Positions 30,858 to 40,444 of a stretch of DNA of 64,000 nt are shown here, in pieces. The notes beneath the pieces are model-generated. The model was not told the origin of the DNA and did no database searches. It was given only the letters and a program-made list of their open reading frames with translations. The translations under genes were made by a program, and so were the position numbers. Each line of letters begins with the position of its first letter. The stretch's first letter is position 1. Source of the DNA: Longimicrobiales bacterium (GTDB lineage Bacteria > Gemmatimonadota > Gemmatimonadetes > Longimicrobiales > Gaopeijiaceae); the NCBI GenBank assembly GCA_963664435.2, contig CAXXKM010000002.1, positions 384,001-448,000 of the forward strand, written 5' to 3'.

Positions 30858-32186
30858 ATGAGAACACGAACGAACGTGGGGCTTGCGGCGGCGCTCGCGC
30901 TGCTTGCGGCCTGCGGCCAGGATGCCACCATGCCCCCATTGGGCGATGCCGGGCCGCCCGTCGCCGGAGACATGGCCACCGATTCGGCGTCCGCCGATTC
31001 GGTCGCGGCGCACACCCGGGCAGGCACGCTTGAGGCGCTCTCCGACAGCGTGACGGTGCGGAGCGACAGCATCTTCAAGGACACTACGGTCATTGGCTAC
31101 GTCGTGGAATGGGAGGGGGAGGACGGGACGAGCGGTTCCGGGGACGTTGGTCCGGGAGACTGCTACGTCATCCTCACCATCGAAAAAAGGGAGGGCGTGT
31201 GGGTGGTGGTGGGCAAGCGGATCGTCTACTGCGTCCCCGAGGACCCCGACGATCCAGACGGCGGCGGTGGCGGCACGGAGAGCGACACGCTGACGGTCAA
31301 ACTGGAATGCGAGCCCGACGGAGGCGTTGAACGGGGGACCGACGTCACCTGCACCCTGTCCGCCGACGAGTCGTCGGCCATCTTCTCCGGCCTCCAGTGG
31401 TCATTCCCGGAGACCGGGGCCACGCAATCGGGCGGAACGTCGTGGGGGGGCAGGGCGGTGCTGTCGGGGACCATGCAGGTGACGGGTCTGGTGAACGGGA
31501 CGGCCTTCGAGCCCGCGAAGGCGGTCATCGCCGTGAATGGCCGGGGGTGGAGCTGGCAGAGTGACATGAACGTGCGCTGGGCCGACATCGAGTGCGCCGG
31601 CGTTAGCGCTAGTTGGAAGCCCGCCGGCACGAGATGGGGCGCCGCGATGCCCGACCTGTGCGGCGACGACTTCTTCAACCGCGGGGACGACAGCTTCGCG
31701 GTGGACTCGGCAACGGGGCCGTGGGAAGGCCGATTCTACGTGTCGGCCGTGAACGCGCCCGTGGCCGTCTCCGCCCAGCTCGCGCCGGTCCTGACGAGTG
31801 GCGGGCCGAAGCATCCGCTGGCGGGGGAACCCGATCTGGTGGAGGCCTGCGGATCGGGCGTCACCAAGGCCAACGAGCACTACGTGAACACGAAGTGCCT
31901 GGACATATCGGGGTACAAGCGGATGGTGACGGTCGTCGAGCAGCACGAACAGGGTCACCTGAACGACTTCGCCAAGGTGGTCGGGGAACACGACATCTAC
32001 GCCGTGTGGGACGGGCTGGTTGGCATGTCGAGAAGCGCGGTCGTGACGGCGGCGAAGCAGGAGGCGACCGACGCGCACGACGAGATGAGGCGCTTGGCCG
32101 AAGAGCGCGATCCGCCCAGCTATGCCGGTTGGGAGTGGTGGCTCTACAGATACGGCAGCTATTGGGACTGGGCCGTCCACAAGTAG
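30858..32186 (+). CDS. Lipoprotein with Ig-like region and C-terminal HExxH motif
   Basis: AGGAG RBS, lipobox LAAC, DPDDPDGGGGG linker, VEQHEQGHLND. Confidence 0.7.
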   Translation: MRTRTNVGLAAALALLAACGQDATMPPLGDAGPPVAGDMATDSASADSVAAHTRAGTLEALSDSVTVRSDSIFKDTTVIGYVVEWEGEDGTSGSGDVGPGDCYVILTIEKREGVWVVVGKRIVYCVPEDPDDPDGGGGGTESDTLTVKLECEPDGGVERGTDVTCTLSADESSAIFSGLQWSFPETGATQSGGTSWGGRAVLSGTMQVTGLVNGTAFEPAKAVIAVNGRGWSWQSDMNVRWADIECAGVSASWKPAGTRWGAAMPDLCGDDFFNRGDDSFAVDSATGPWEGRFYVSAVNAPVAVSAQLAPVLTSGGPKHPLAGEPDLVEACGSGVTKANEHYVNTKCLDISGYKRMVTVVEQHEQGHLNDFAKVVGEHDIYAVWDGLVGMSRSAVVTAAKQEATDAHDEMRRLAEERDPPSYAGWEWWLYRYGSYWDWAVHK

Positions 32187-32220
32187 GTCCATTCAACACT
32201 TCGGAAAGGAACATTCGGAA

Positions 32221-33051
32221 ATGCGAAACATGGCAACATCACTGGCGGCGGCGGTCCTGCTGCTGGCTCCGGCTGGGCTGGTGGGGCAGGCACCTGCCGA
32301 AGCCAGTCTGCAACGCATCGAGCAAATACATCGGGCCTGGACCATCGATTCGGTCCTGGTCGCGCTGGCCACGGACGGGGAGACGAAACAGGCGGCAATG
32401 GCCGCCGGTGCCATTCTTCGTGGTTTCGGTGGTAGGCAATGGAAACAGTTGGAGGGCATCGGCTCCCCATTGCCACAAGCCGAGCGGGACGCCTTCGCTG
32501 AACGGCTGGTCGCCATCGCGACCGCCAACCCCGAAAGCGAGGGCGCACGCGAAATCCTGCTTGTGATGTGGAATCAAGGCGACTTCGACGCCGTTCTCCG
32601 AATGTACGAGGCGGGGGCCGGCAGCTTGTGGAACCTGCTCCAGATTGACCCTCGGCGCGGCATCGAGGTCGGCATGAAGAAGCTACGGGCGAACCGTTGG
32701 CGGGTCCGTACCGACCTCGCCGAGGCGCGGGCCAGACTTGGGGGTGCTTTCCGGCCGAAGGTCCCGGGGTTCTACGAGATGTGTCACTTCATCGGGGATC
32801 TCGCGCCGCCGTTCGGCACGCTGGCGGTCGTGAACGGCCAGCCGGTGTTCACGTTCCACGAGGGGGTGGACCTGTCCCCAATGTCCGACGGGCGGAAACC
32901 GACGAAGGAGGAATACGACGCGCTCGACGACGCGACCAACGAGCTCTACGAGGTGGGGGTTATCGACAGCCCATGCCCGCATCCCGGTTATCCACCTGGC
33001 GCCAGCTTCTACACCAAACACGATCCGCCGACGAGGCCGCGCGGACGGTAG
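32221..33051 (+). CDS. Exported hypothetical protein
   Basis: Signal peptide MRNMATSLAAAVLLLAPAGLVGQ; AAAGGA RBS; 34 nt after the upstream gene. Confidence 0.7.
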   Translation: MRNMATSLAAAVLLLAPAGLVGQAPAEASLQRIEQIHRAWTIDSVLVALATDGETKQAAMAAGAILRGFGGRQWKQLEGIGSPLPQAERDAFAERLVAIATANPESEGAREILLVMWNQGDFDAVLRMYEAGAGSLWNLLQIDPRRGIEVGMKKLRANRWRVRTDLAEARARLGGAFRPKVPGFYEMCHFIGDLAPPFGTLAVVNGQPVFTFHEGVDLSPMSDGRKPTKEEYDALDDATNELYEVGVIDSPCPHPGYPPGASFYTKHDPPTRPRGR

Positions 33052-33377
33052 AGCGAACCGCGCAACCCGAAAAAAAGCGGTGCCCCCTCAGACCCCCGGA
33101 GATCGCGCCGCCGCGGCGGCGGAGAACCCGTTCGCCGACCAGCTGGCCGCCGGGCTGTTCGGCATCGCCGCGCAAGGACGGGACGCGGATGTCGCGGGCG
33201 GCAGTTTGCGCAGTCCCGGCTCCAGACGCACTTCCGGGGACCGACCATGCCGGGCGGCCTCCTAGTGCCGCGGCGGATGTCGTTCGGGGGCCTGGGGGCA
33301 TCCCCCGGCCAGAGGTTTTCGTGAAGCGAAAACACATCTGGCTCCTCAACAAACCGCAGAAATCAACGCCCCAGTGG

Positions 33378-34272
33378 CGCCGGCGAGTGGGGCCGGAACC
33401 GGGTCCGGGTCTTTCCGGATCCGAAGACTGGCCTGTACCAGTTGGAGTGGCGGGAGAACGGGCGCAGGCTCACCCGGTCCCTCAAGCACCGCGACTGGGC
33501 AAGGGCCAAGCGGCAGGCGGACGAGTTCGCCGCTGGCGTCGCGATGCACGAGCCCGGCGCCAAGGCGGAGACCGAACCCGAGCCGTTCAGCTTGGAGAAG
33601 CTGTTTGAAATCTACGGTGAGGAGGTGACGCCGACCAAGAGTCGGCGGTCGCGGAGCTACGACGGGACCGCGATGGAGATGTTCTTGGGATTCTTCGGGA
33701 AGGACCGGAGGCCCGGAACGCTTTCGCGGCGCGACTGGGACAGGTTCATCCGGGTGCGCAAGGCGGGCAGGATCGGGCCGAGCGGAAAGCCAGTGTCCGA
33801 CCGAACGGTCGAACGGGACCTGACGTTCCTGCTCGCGATCCTCAACTGGGCCGCGAGGTCGAGGGACCGGCAGGGACGGCTCCTCCTGCGGTCCAACCCG
33901 CTGAGGGGCCTCATGGTGCCGAGGGAGAAGAATCCGAACCGGGTGCTGCTCACGCAGGCGGAGTACGAAGCCCTGCTGGAGGTGTCTGTGGAGATGGACT
34001 GGCGCTTTCGCGTCGCGCTCGTGCTCGCGCCCGAAACCGGTCACCGGATCGGGGCGATCCGCAAGCTCAGGTGGTCGGACATCGACGTGGGAGCCGGTGT
34101 CATCCGGTGGCGGGGCGAGCATGACAAGACCGGCCACGAGCACCGGACGCCGGTGACAGCCGAAGCGCTTTCGGTCTTGGAAGAAGCCCGCGGACACAAC
34201 CCCGGGATCGGGGACGTACCGCTGCTGCCAGCGCCGAGCGATTCTTCGCGCTGCGTCCGCCGCTGGCAGGCC
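33378..34272 (+). pseudogene. Truncated tyrosine integrase (paralogue of 41436-42599)
   Basis: Highly similar to the intact copy from GEWGRNRV to CVRRWQ; no start, LAHETG changed to LAPETG, lacks HxxR and the catalytic Tyr. Confidence 0.9.
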
Positions 34273-34522
34273 AGGCGCTCGCGGAGCCGTTACCTTTCAG
34301 AAGCCCCGACCACTGCCAAGGTTAGTGCGCCGCGGGGGGCGGGACCCGGCGTTGAGCGACTAACCTCTCCCGGGGGGACACCATGGCACCTTGAAGCCCG
34401 CTAGGTCGAGATCGCCGTTCGCCGGGTCGGCTCCGGGATGTCTAGCCGGTAGCGCACGGAGTCCGGTGAGCTAGATTCGGGTTCGTAGCCATTCGCCAGT
34501 CAGACACCCGGGGGGACGATCC

Positions 34523-35662
34523 ATGATTCAGAGATTCTACGCGGACAACTTCCGCTGTCTCGTGAACTTCGAACTGAAGTTCGACGAGCTGAATGTCTTC
34601 TTGGGCTCGAATGGCACCGGCAAGAGCTCGGTGTTCGACGTGCTGCTGAAGATTCAGAGCCTCGTCTACCGAGGCAGAAAGGTCGACGAGGTCTTCCGAC
34701 GAAGGGACCTATCACAGCTTTACGCCGGCAACCACCAAGACAGCGCTGGCGACCACGAGGACAGTGGCGTGCGGCAGAAGATTGAGCTTGATCTCGACAT
34801 CGCGGGTCACTCGTACCACTACCGGTTGAGCATCGGCCACCGCGAACCCAAGCTAATGCGAATTGACGAGGAAGTCCTTCTGTGCGACGAGAGACCCCTC
34901 TTCGAGTTCCGAATCGGCGACGCTCAACTGTACCGGGATGACGGAAGTCAAGGACCGAAGTACCCGTTCGATTGGACGCAATCCGGACTCGCTGCCCTGC
35001 ATGAGCGGCACGACAACAAGAAACTGTCTCGCTTCAAGAGGGAGTTGGCGATGTGGACCATCGTCCGACCCTGCCCGCCGATCTTCGAGGAGGAAGCCAG
35101 GACGGAGGACGAGCTTCTGACACAGGCTATGACCAATTTTGTCGCGTGGTACCGCAGGGTCTCCCCTGAGCGGCTGGGCGCTGCCGTGGACCTACTGGGT
35201 GATCTCCGTGACGTGCTTCCCTCATTTGAGTCACTGAGTCTCATTGCCACTGGTGAAGATGCTCGTGCATTGGAGGCTGTGTTCAAGCGGCCACACAAGC
35301 GTTCGCGGTACCGGATCGGGCAGTTGTCGGACGGGCAGCGGGCGCTGATCGCCCTGTATTGCCTACTGCGTTTCTGCGACGGAGGGGGGGCGAGGGCCTC
35401 GCTGTTCGTCGACGAGCCCGACAACTACATCTCGCTGCGTGAAGTGCAGCCGTGGGTGGTGGCGCTCTCCGAAGCTCTGGGAAACACTCTCGAACAGGCT
35501 GTCATCATCTCCCATCACCCCGTGACAATCGACTACCTGGGCGGGAAAGCCAAGTGGTTCTTCCGGGACGACGACGGACTGGCGCGGGTGAAGTACGAAC
35601 CACCTTCGTCGGCGGGGCCGGCATCCTATTCCGAATTGGTCGCACGGGGTTGGGAGCGGTGA
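34523..35662 (+). CDS. AAA_15/AAA_21-type ABC-fold ATPase
   Basis: NFRCL, GSNGTGKSS, LSDGQRAL, FVDEPDNY, ISHHP. Confidence 0.9.
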   Translation: MIQRFYADNFRCLVNFELKFDELNVFLGSNGTGKSSVFDVLLKIQSLVYRGRKVDEVFRRRDLSQLYAGNHQDSAGDHEDSGVRQKIELDLDIAGHSYHYRLSIGHREPKLMRIDEEVLLCDERPLFEFRIGDAQLYRDDGSQGPKYPFDWTQSGLAALHERHDNKKLSRFKRELAMWTIVRPCPPIFEEEARTEDELLTQAMTNFVAWYRRVSPERLGAAVDLLGDLRDVLPSFESLSLIATGEDARALEAVFKRPHKRSRYRIGQLSDGQRALIALYCLLRFCDGGGARASLFVDEPDNYISLREVQPWVVALSEALGNTLEQAVIISHHPVTIDYLGGKAKWFFRDDDGLARVKYEPPSSAGPASYSELVARGWER

Positions 35663-36207
35663 GCGCGAGCGTGATTCTGCTCTGTGAGGACCTGCAGACG
35701 GACATGTTCGTGCGTCGCTTCCTCCGTTGCCGGTTTGGACGCCGGTTCCGTCGCCGGATTCACAGTATTCCGTGTGCGGCTGGGAGTGGATCCGGTGAGC
35801 AGCGCGTGCGTGAGCAATTTCCCGACCAGCTGAGGTTGATTCGGGGTCGGCGGGGGGCCGCCCTGATCGTGGTCATCGATGCCGACACGGAATCGGCGGA
35901 AGCTCGTCGAACGCAGCTCCAAGGGCAGTGTGCGGAACGGGGCATCGCGGCTCTCCGAGCTTCGGATCCGGTTCTCGTAGTGGTTCCGCGCCGCAGTATC
36001 GAGACGTGGTTCCGCTACCTGAGCGGCCACGAGTTCGACGAGACGACCCGCTATCGGCACCTTCGGCGTGAAGCCGATTGCCAGCCACTGGCCGACCGGC
36101 TGTACGACATGTGCCACAAAGATCAGAAGCTCGCGGAGCCGGCCCCGGCCTCGTTGGTTGAGGCGTGCCAGGAATACCCAAGGCTGACGGGCCTGCTACA
36201 ACGATGA
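35659..36207 (+). CDS. TOPRIM-like partner (DUF4276/RloB-like)
   Basis: ILLCED, VVIDADT, PRRSIETWF motifs; GTGA overlap with the ATPase. Confidence 0.6.
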   Translation: MSASVILLCEDLQTDMFVRRFLRCRFGRRFRRRIHSIPCAAGSGSGEQRVREQFPDQLRLIRGRRGAALIVVIDADTESAEARRTQLQGQCAERGIAALRASDPVLVVVPRRSIETWFRYLSGHEFDETTRYRHLRREADCQPLADRLYDMCHKDQKLAEPAPASLVEACQEYPRLTGLLQR

Positions 36208-36668
36208 TTCGCTCGTTAGGAGCGGCCACTGCGGACCATGCGCCGCGACGACGGTCCCGTGGACCCGTCCCGTGCAGACATTGGTCAGTGACCATGCTGA
36301 CCAAGTGGGCAGCGACATGGGCGGTAACCATGTATCGGTGCGGTCGATCTCTCGCCAGCGCGCCATCGTGCCGGCGTGAGAGCCTCCGCGAAGCTCGGCC
36401 GAGTTCATGGAGTGCGTGCGGGCGTTCACGCTCAAATTATGGGAGGTGGTCATGGGCGAATGAGCTAGCGGTGAATCATCGTCGGGGACCTTGACAGCGT
36501 GGCTCTGTCTCTGGTAGTGGAAATCGCGCGGCGGGTGCTTCTCTACCTCTGTAGGGAGGCACTTCACAGGTTGAGGCCTGCGCCACCCACACCGCTTGAC
36601 GCTCTCGCAACAGCCAGCCTTGGTGCCGCCCTCCAAGCTGCGGCGACCGCCAGCTTGGAGCCGCGGCC

Positions 36669-37034
36669 ATGATCGAGAGCAAGGGCAACATCAGAAGTGG
36701 TGGGAGCATCTTCATGGCGGAGGCACCGATCAAGGTCAACATGCCCGACGGGAAGTCTCTGGCCTGTCCGGCCGGCACCCAGTTCTCTGCCTACAACCAA
36801 TTGGTGCCTGACCCCGAACGCAAAAGTATCGGAGCCCGCATGGTCGTAGAGGTTCTGCTCCATGAAGGAGACCGGGAAACTACGGAAAGCAAGGCATCGC
36901 TGCTTCGCAAGATTACTCGTGCCGAGGGTCGCCAGCGGTGGAAGAGAACCTTAGCAACAGGAATTCTGGTTGGCGTGATCGCCGGACTCGTCCTTGAAAT
37001 TGCGCGACGCTTCGTCGTGCCGATCTGGCCGTAA
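36669..37034 (+). CDS. Hypothetical protein with C-terminal TM helix
   Basis: 121 aa ending TGILVGVIAGLVLEIARRFVVPIWP; lower GC. Confidence 0.45.
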   Translation: MIESKGNIRSGGSIFMAEAPIKVNMPDGKSLACPAGTQFSAYNQLVPDPERKSIGARMVVEVLLHEGDRETTESKASLLRKITRAEGRQRWKRTLATGILVGVIAGLVLEIARRFVVPIWP

Positions 37035-37453
37035 GCAATTCAACCGATGCTCCCAGTTGGAGTGGAGCTAGCCGGGTGGAAGGTGCGCGAGCCCCACCGA
37101 CGAAGCGAATCGAGGGACGCGGAGCGGCGCGAACGCCCGACCCTGTCGAATCCTCTACCGATGATTTGTGCACCTCCAGCGCCGTGAGTCATGACCGTGT
37201 ACGCCCGCGAAAACGACATGGGGTGCCGATGCGCACCGCGGCACTCGGGTCGTGCGCACCGGCGGAGCGGTCGAAGCTTCTGCGCACAAAGGGCTTGAGC
37301 GTCGCGGTCCCAGCCGACCGGGGCCGCAGGGCTCGCTCGGCCGTGGCTGGGAGTATCCATGTCAAGTGGATGCCCGTTTTGAGGCAGAGTGGACCTGTCT
37401 CGCGGCGTCCCTCCCGACGCCTCGGTTGCGGTGTCCGCTGTTGCTTGGCGCGA

Positions 37454-38456
37454 TCATCCGTGAGCGCTCCCCGCGTGGCAGGGCGTGGGGAAGATGGGGC
37501 TGGTGTACTCTCTCGGCGGATGTTCGGTCCAGATGCGGTCCTGCTGGACGAGCGTGTTGGCGAGGACGAGGAGCTTCCGCATCACGGCAGTCAGAGCGAC
37601 CTTCGGCGGCTTTCCCTTGGCGACGAGCGCCTCGTACTTCCGCTTGAGGTCGGGATTGTGCTGGACCGCGACCAGCGTGGGCATGTAGAGCAGCCTGCGG
37701 ACCCGGTGCCTGCCGCCCTGGATGAAGCTGCGTCCCTTCCAGTGTCCGGACTCCCGGGTGACCGGGGCGAGTCCGGCGAGGCTGGCGGCCCGGGGCCCAG
37801 GGAGCATGCCCAGTTCCGGCATGTGGACGATCAGTCCCGCGGCGGTGATGTCCGATATGCCGGGGATGGAGGTCAGGATCTCGGCCCGGCGCTCCAACGC
37901 CTTCTCCTCCCCGAGCCGCCGCCGGATCTCGGCGTCGATGAGCTTCAGCTGGCGGTCGATCTGCCCCAGCTTCTGCTTGGTGATCCGCCTGCCCACCGGC
38001 GTACGCAAGTGCTTGCCACGGTTGGTGGTGGCGACCCGGTCCTTGCGCAGCGCGTCGCGGATCTGCTGGAGCTCCGCAAGGTCGCGCTGTCCTTTCGATC
38101 TCACCTCGGTCGGACGCAGGTCCTCGATGGCCGACGCCATGATGGCCAGCGATCCGGGCGTCCACCGCGTCGGTCTTGGCGCGCCGCCCGATGGAGCGGG
38201 CGAAGGACCGGACCTGGAAGGGGTTGATCGCATAGAGGGGGAGTCCGGCCTTCAGGAGGGTATCCTCGAAGTCGCGGTGGAAGGCTCCGGTGGGTTCGTA
38301 CGCGATCCGGTCGACCCCGAGGCCGATCCAGGCGATCAGCTTGCGGAGGCCGGCCCTGTCGTTGGGGAACCGGGATGCTCTCCCCTCGGGTGCGGCGAAG
38401 GCATCCAGCCAGTCCTTGGAGATGTCGATCCCGACGGTGCGAAGGATGGTGCTCAT
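37454..38456 (-). pseudogene. IS110 DEDD transposase/recombinase with +1 frameshift near 38151
   Basis: GIDISK, YEPTG, KTDAVDA (DEDD); SIPGI, LAGLAP..RESG (catalytic Ser), GGRHRVRRLLYM, AVMRKLL in the second frame. Confidence 0.92.
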
Positions 38457-38462
38457 GAGTTC

Positions 38463-38690
38463 TTCCCTTCTCCTGTGCTTGTCGTGCGAGCCTCGATGCT
38501 CGAGTATCCATTCAGGACAGAGGGAAGGACGGTGGCGATCAAACTCCCAGACGGCCCCTGACGGCCAAGCGACCCATCGATCCGACCACCGTCCCTGTTG
38601 AGCGCCCGCTCCGGCTCGCTACGCTCGCCTCTGCGGGCGCTCAACAGTCCGGGCCTTCCCCGTGACCCGGTCCTGCAAATCAAGCAGGGA
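38463..38690 (-). ncRNA. IS110 bridge RNA (5' stem-loop, target-binding loop, donor-binding loop)
   Basis: Target loop 38527-38594 carries GGGTCGCT and CTGGGAG; donor loop 38472-38516 carries ATGGATACT and GACAAG; all match the flanks or ends; transcript boundaries approximate. Confidence 0.85.
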
Positions 38691-38896
38691 TCTCCAAGAA
38701 TGGAAGAGACAAGCGACCCCGCAGTCCGAGGGCCTGCTACGGGTTCGGGGCCGGGCGCGTTTGCGCACCCCGGCCCCGCCCCCTCGGGTCGCTCCCAGAC
38801 CCAGCAATCCCTTGCGGGAAGGCCGTCGAGCCCCTGTTCCGGAGCTTGGTGGCGTCCGACCGCCGAACCCGTCGCCGCCGGGAACGCCAGCCGGGC

Positions 38897-39345
38897 TCAG
38901 AACGAGATGTAGCCGCCCATCTGGAAGAGCACGATGTTCGTACCGCCGGACCCGTCGCCGACGTGGAGGATCAAGCGCGCCCCGTAGCGCCGTCCGAACG
39001 TCAGGCTCGTACCGGCCCGGCAGTCGGTGAAACGTCTCCTCCATCGTATTCGATGCCCGCGCGCAACGCCGGACGAACGAGCCAGCTGGAACGTCCGAGG
39101 AGGACCGACCCGCCGATCCGGTTCGCCGACCCCGCAAAGTCGGCGCACCGGTAGTTCTCCACCATCCCGTACAGCGACACCGGCCCGGCGAGCCGACCGC
39201 TGATGCCGACGTAGTGTCCGGGACACGCGACGCTGTTGCCGCCCACGATCCCGGCTCCGAGCAGGAAGCGGTCCGGAGCTTCCTGGGCCTGCGCCTGCTC
39301 AGGCAACACGACGACGGCCAAGCAGGCCAGCAACAGCTTCCGCAT
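38897..39345 (-). pseudogene. Small outer-membrane beta-barrel-like protein with a frameshift near 39018
   Basis: Signal peptide ending AQA; alternating beta-strand pattern continues in a second frame ending QMGGYISF. Confidence 0.55.
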
Positions 39346-39800
39346 GTCGGTTCTCCCTCGCGTGGTTCAGGATGCTCCGGCCATCCGAGGAGGCTTCGCC
39401 GCTCTCCACCGGGGCCATCGCTCGCAACGGGCTGACCAAAGCTCGGCGCACTGGCCTTCCTCAACAAGGTCGGAACCGCGAGGGAGCCGGTTCACGTCAG
39501 CTGCCCAACGCCTTCCCGCACGGGATTGATGGCCGGGAGTGACCTCGAGGCGGGGGTGGGATGGCGTACACATCCCAACCATCGCCGTGGCGTGTGAGGC
39601 ATGCCGAACACCGGGGTCACTCCCGTCACGACCGCACCATCCGGTACGGCACCGCCGTTCGTGCGGCCGTGGTGCAACCGCAACGCGGGCAGCGACATGC
39701 GGAATCCCCGCCCCTGCACATTGACACGGCGATTCCGTGCACATGCACCCCGATGTCGATGTGCACGCGCGGTACGCCACCGGCCCCGGCCGATCGGCGG

Positions 39801-40140
39801 TCAAGAACCCTCTCCTCGAAACCGGCTCGAACGCCATACCGAATGGCCTTGGATCATTCCTCCGGGGAGGCCCGATCGGAGCAAAACCCTCATCGCGACG
39901 AGGCGGTGAAGGCAGCCGTTGAGACCGCCCAGTTCCTCGACCGTCGAGGTATCGTAGGCGGGGTCTGCGTGGACGAACACGGCGCGGTCGGAGTCCAGCG
40001 CCGCGGGGAAAGTACCGCCGCGCCCCGGTAGACGCGGACGGGCCGCATGGAGCGGTGGATGCCGAGCGCCTCGAACGCGTCCACCTTCTCGGTCTCGGTC
40101 GGAAGCCAGCCAGCGGACGCGCACGAAGCGACCGACGACC
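39801..40140 (-). pseudogene. Possible decayed TylF/MycF-type methyltransferase fragment
   Basis: Frame-broken pieces KVDAFEAL and TFPAALDSDRAVFVHADPAYDTSTVEEL resemble TylF motifs; weak. Confidence 0.25.
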
Positions 40141-40444
40141 CGGACGGGCTGGACGGGGTAGTGGATGGAGGGTCGCCTCGTCCCGAGGGCGGATCCTTCG
40201 GTCGGCAAGCTGCGAGCCGAGGGGGGTCGCCAGCTCCCCGACTCCAAGACTTACGACCGCCGGCGTGTGCATGCGACATGCAGGGGTCGATTCACACTTC
40301 GGGCTTCCGGGGATTCACACGGTCGCCGACGGGCATCCGCAGACCGCGCAACGTCTTGAGGTCCAGTCGCAAACCGGGCGTTGTCGGACGAGCCACTCTG
40401 GCGGTGGTGGGAGCGACCCGTCAGTCCGAGGGCCTGCTACGGGT

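Larger units (their letters stand above)
37352..38713 (-). mobile_element. IS110 family element (IS621-like layout, CT core at both junctions)
   Basis: Core AG on + at 37352-37353 and 38712-38713; ends defined by matches to the bridge RNA loops; TTGACA in the right end and CATTCT in the left end are 17 bp apart in the circle junction. Confidence 0.9.

Noticed and set aside
34319..34366. Integron attC site (AGGTTAGT...ACTAACCT hairpin)
   Set aside because: Arms are in the opposite order to RYYYAAC...GTTRRRY, it is single-copy, and the integrase does not look like IntI
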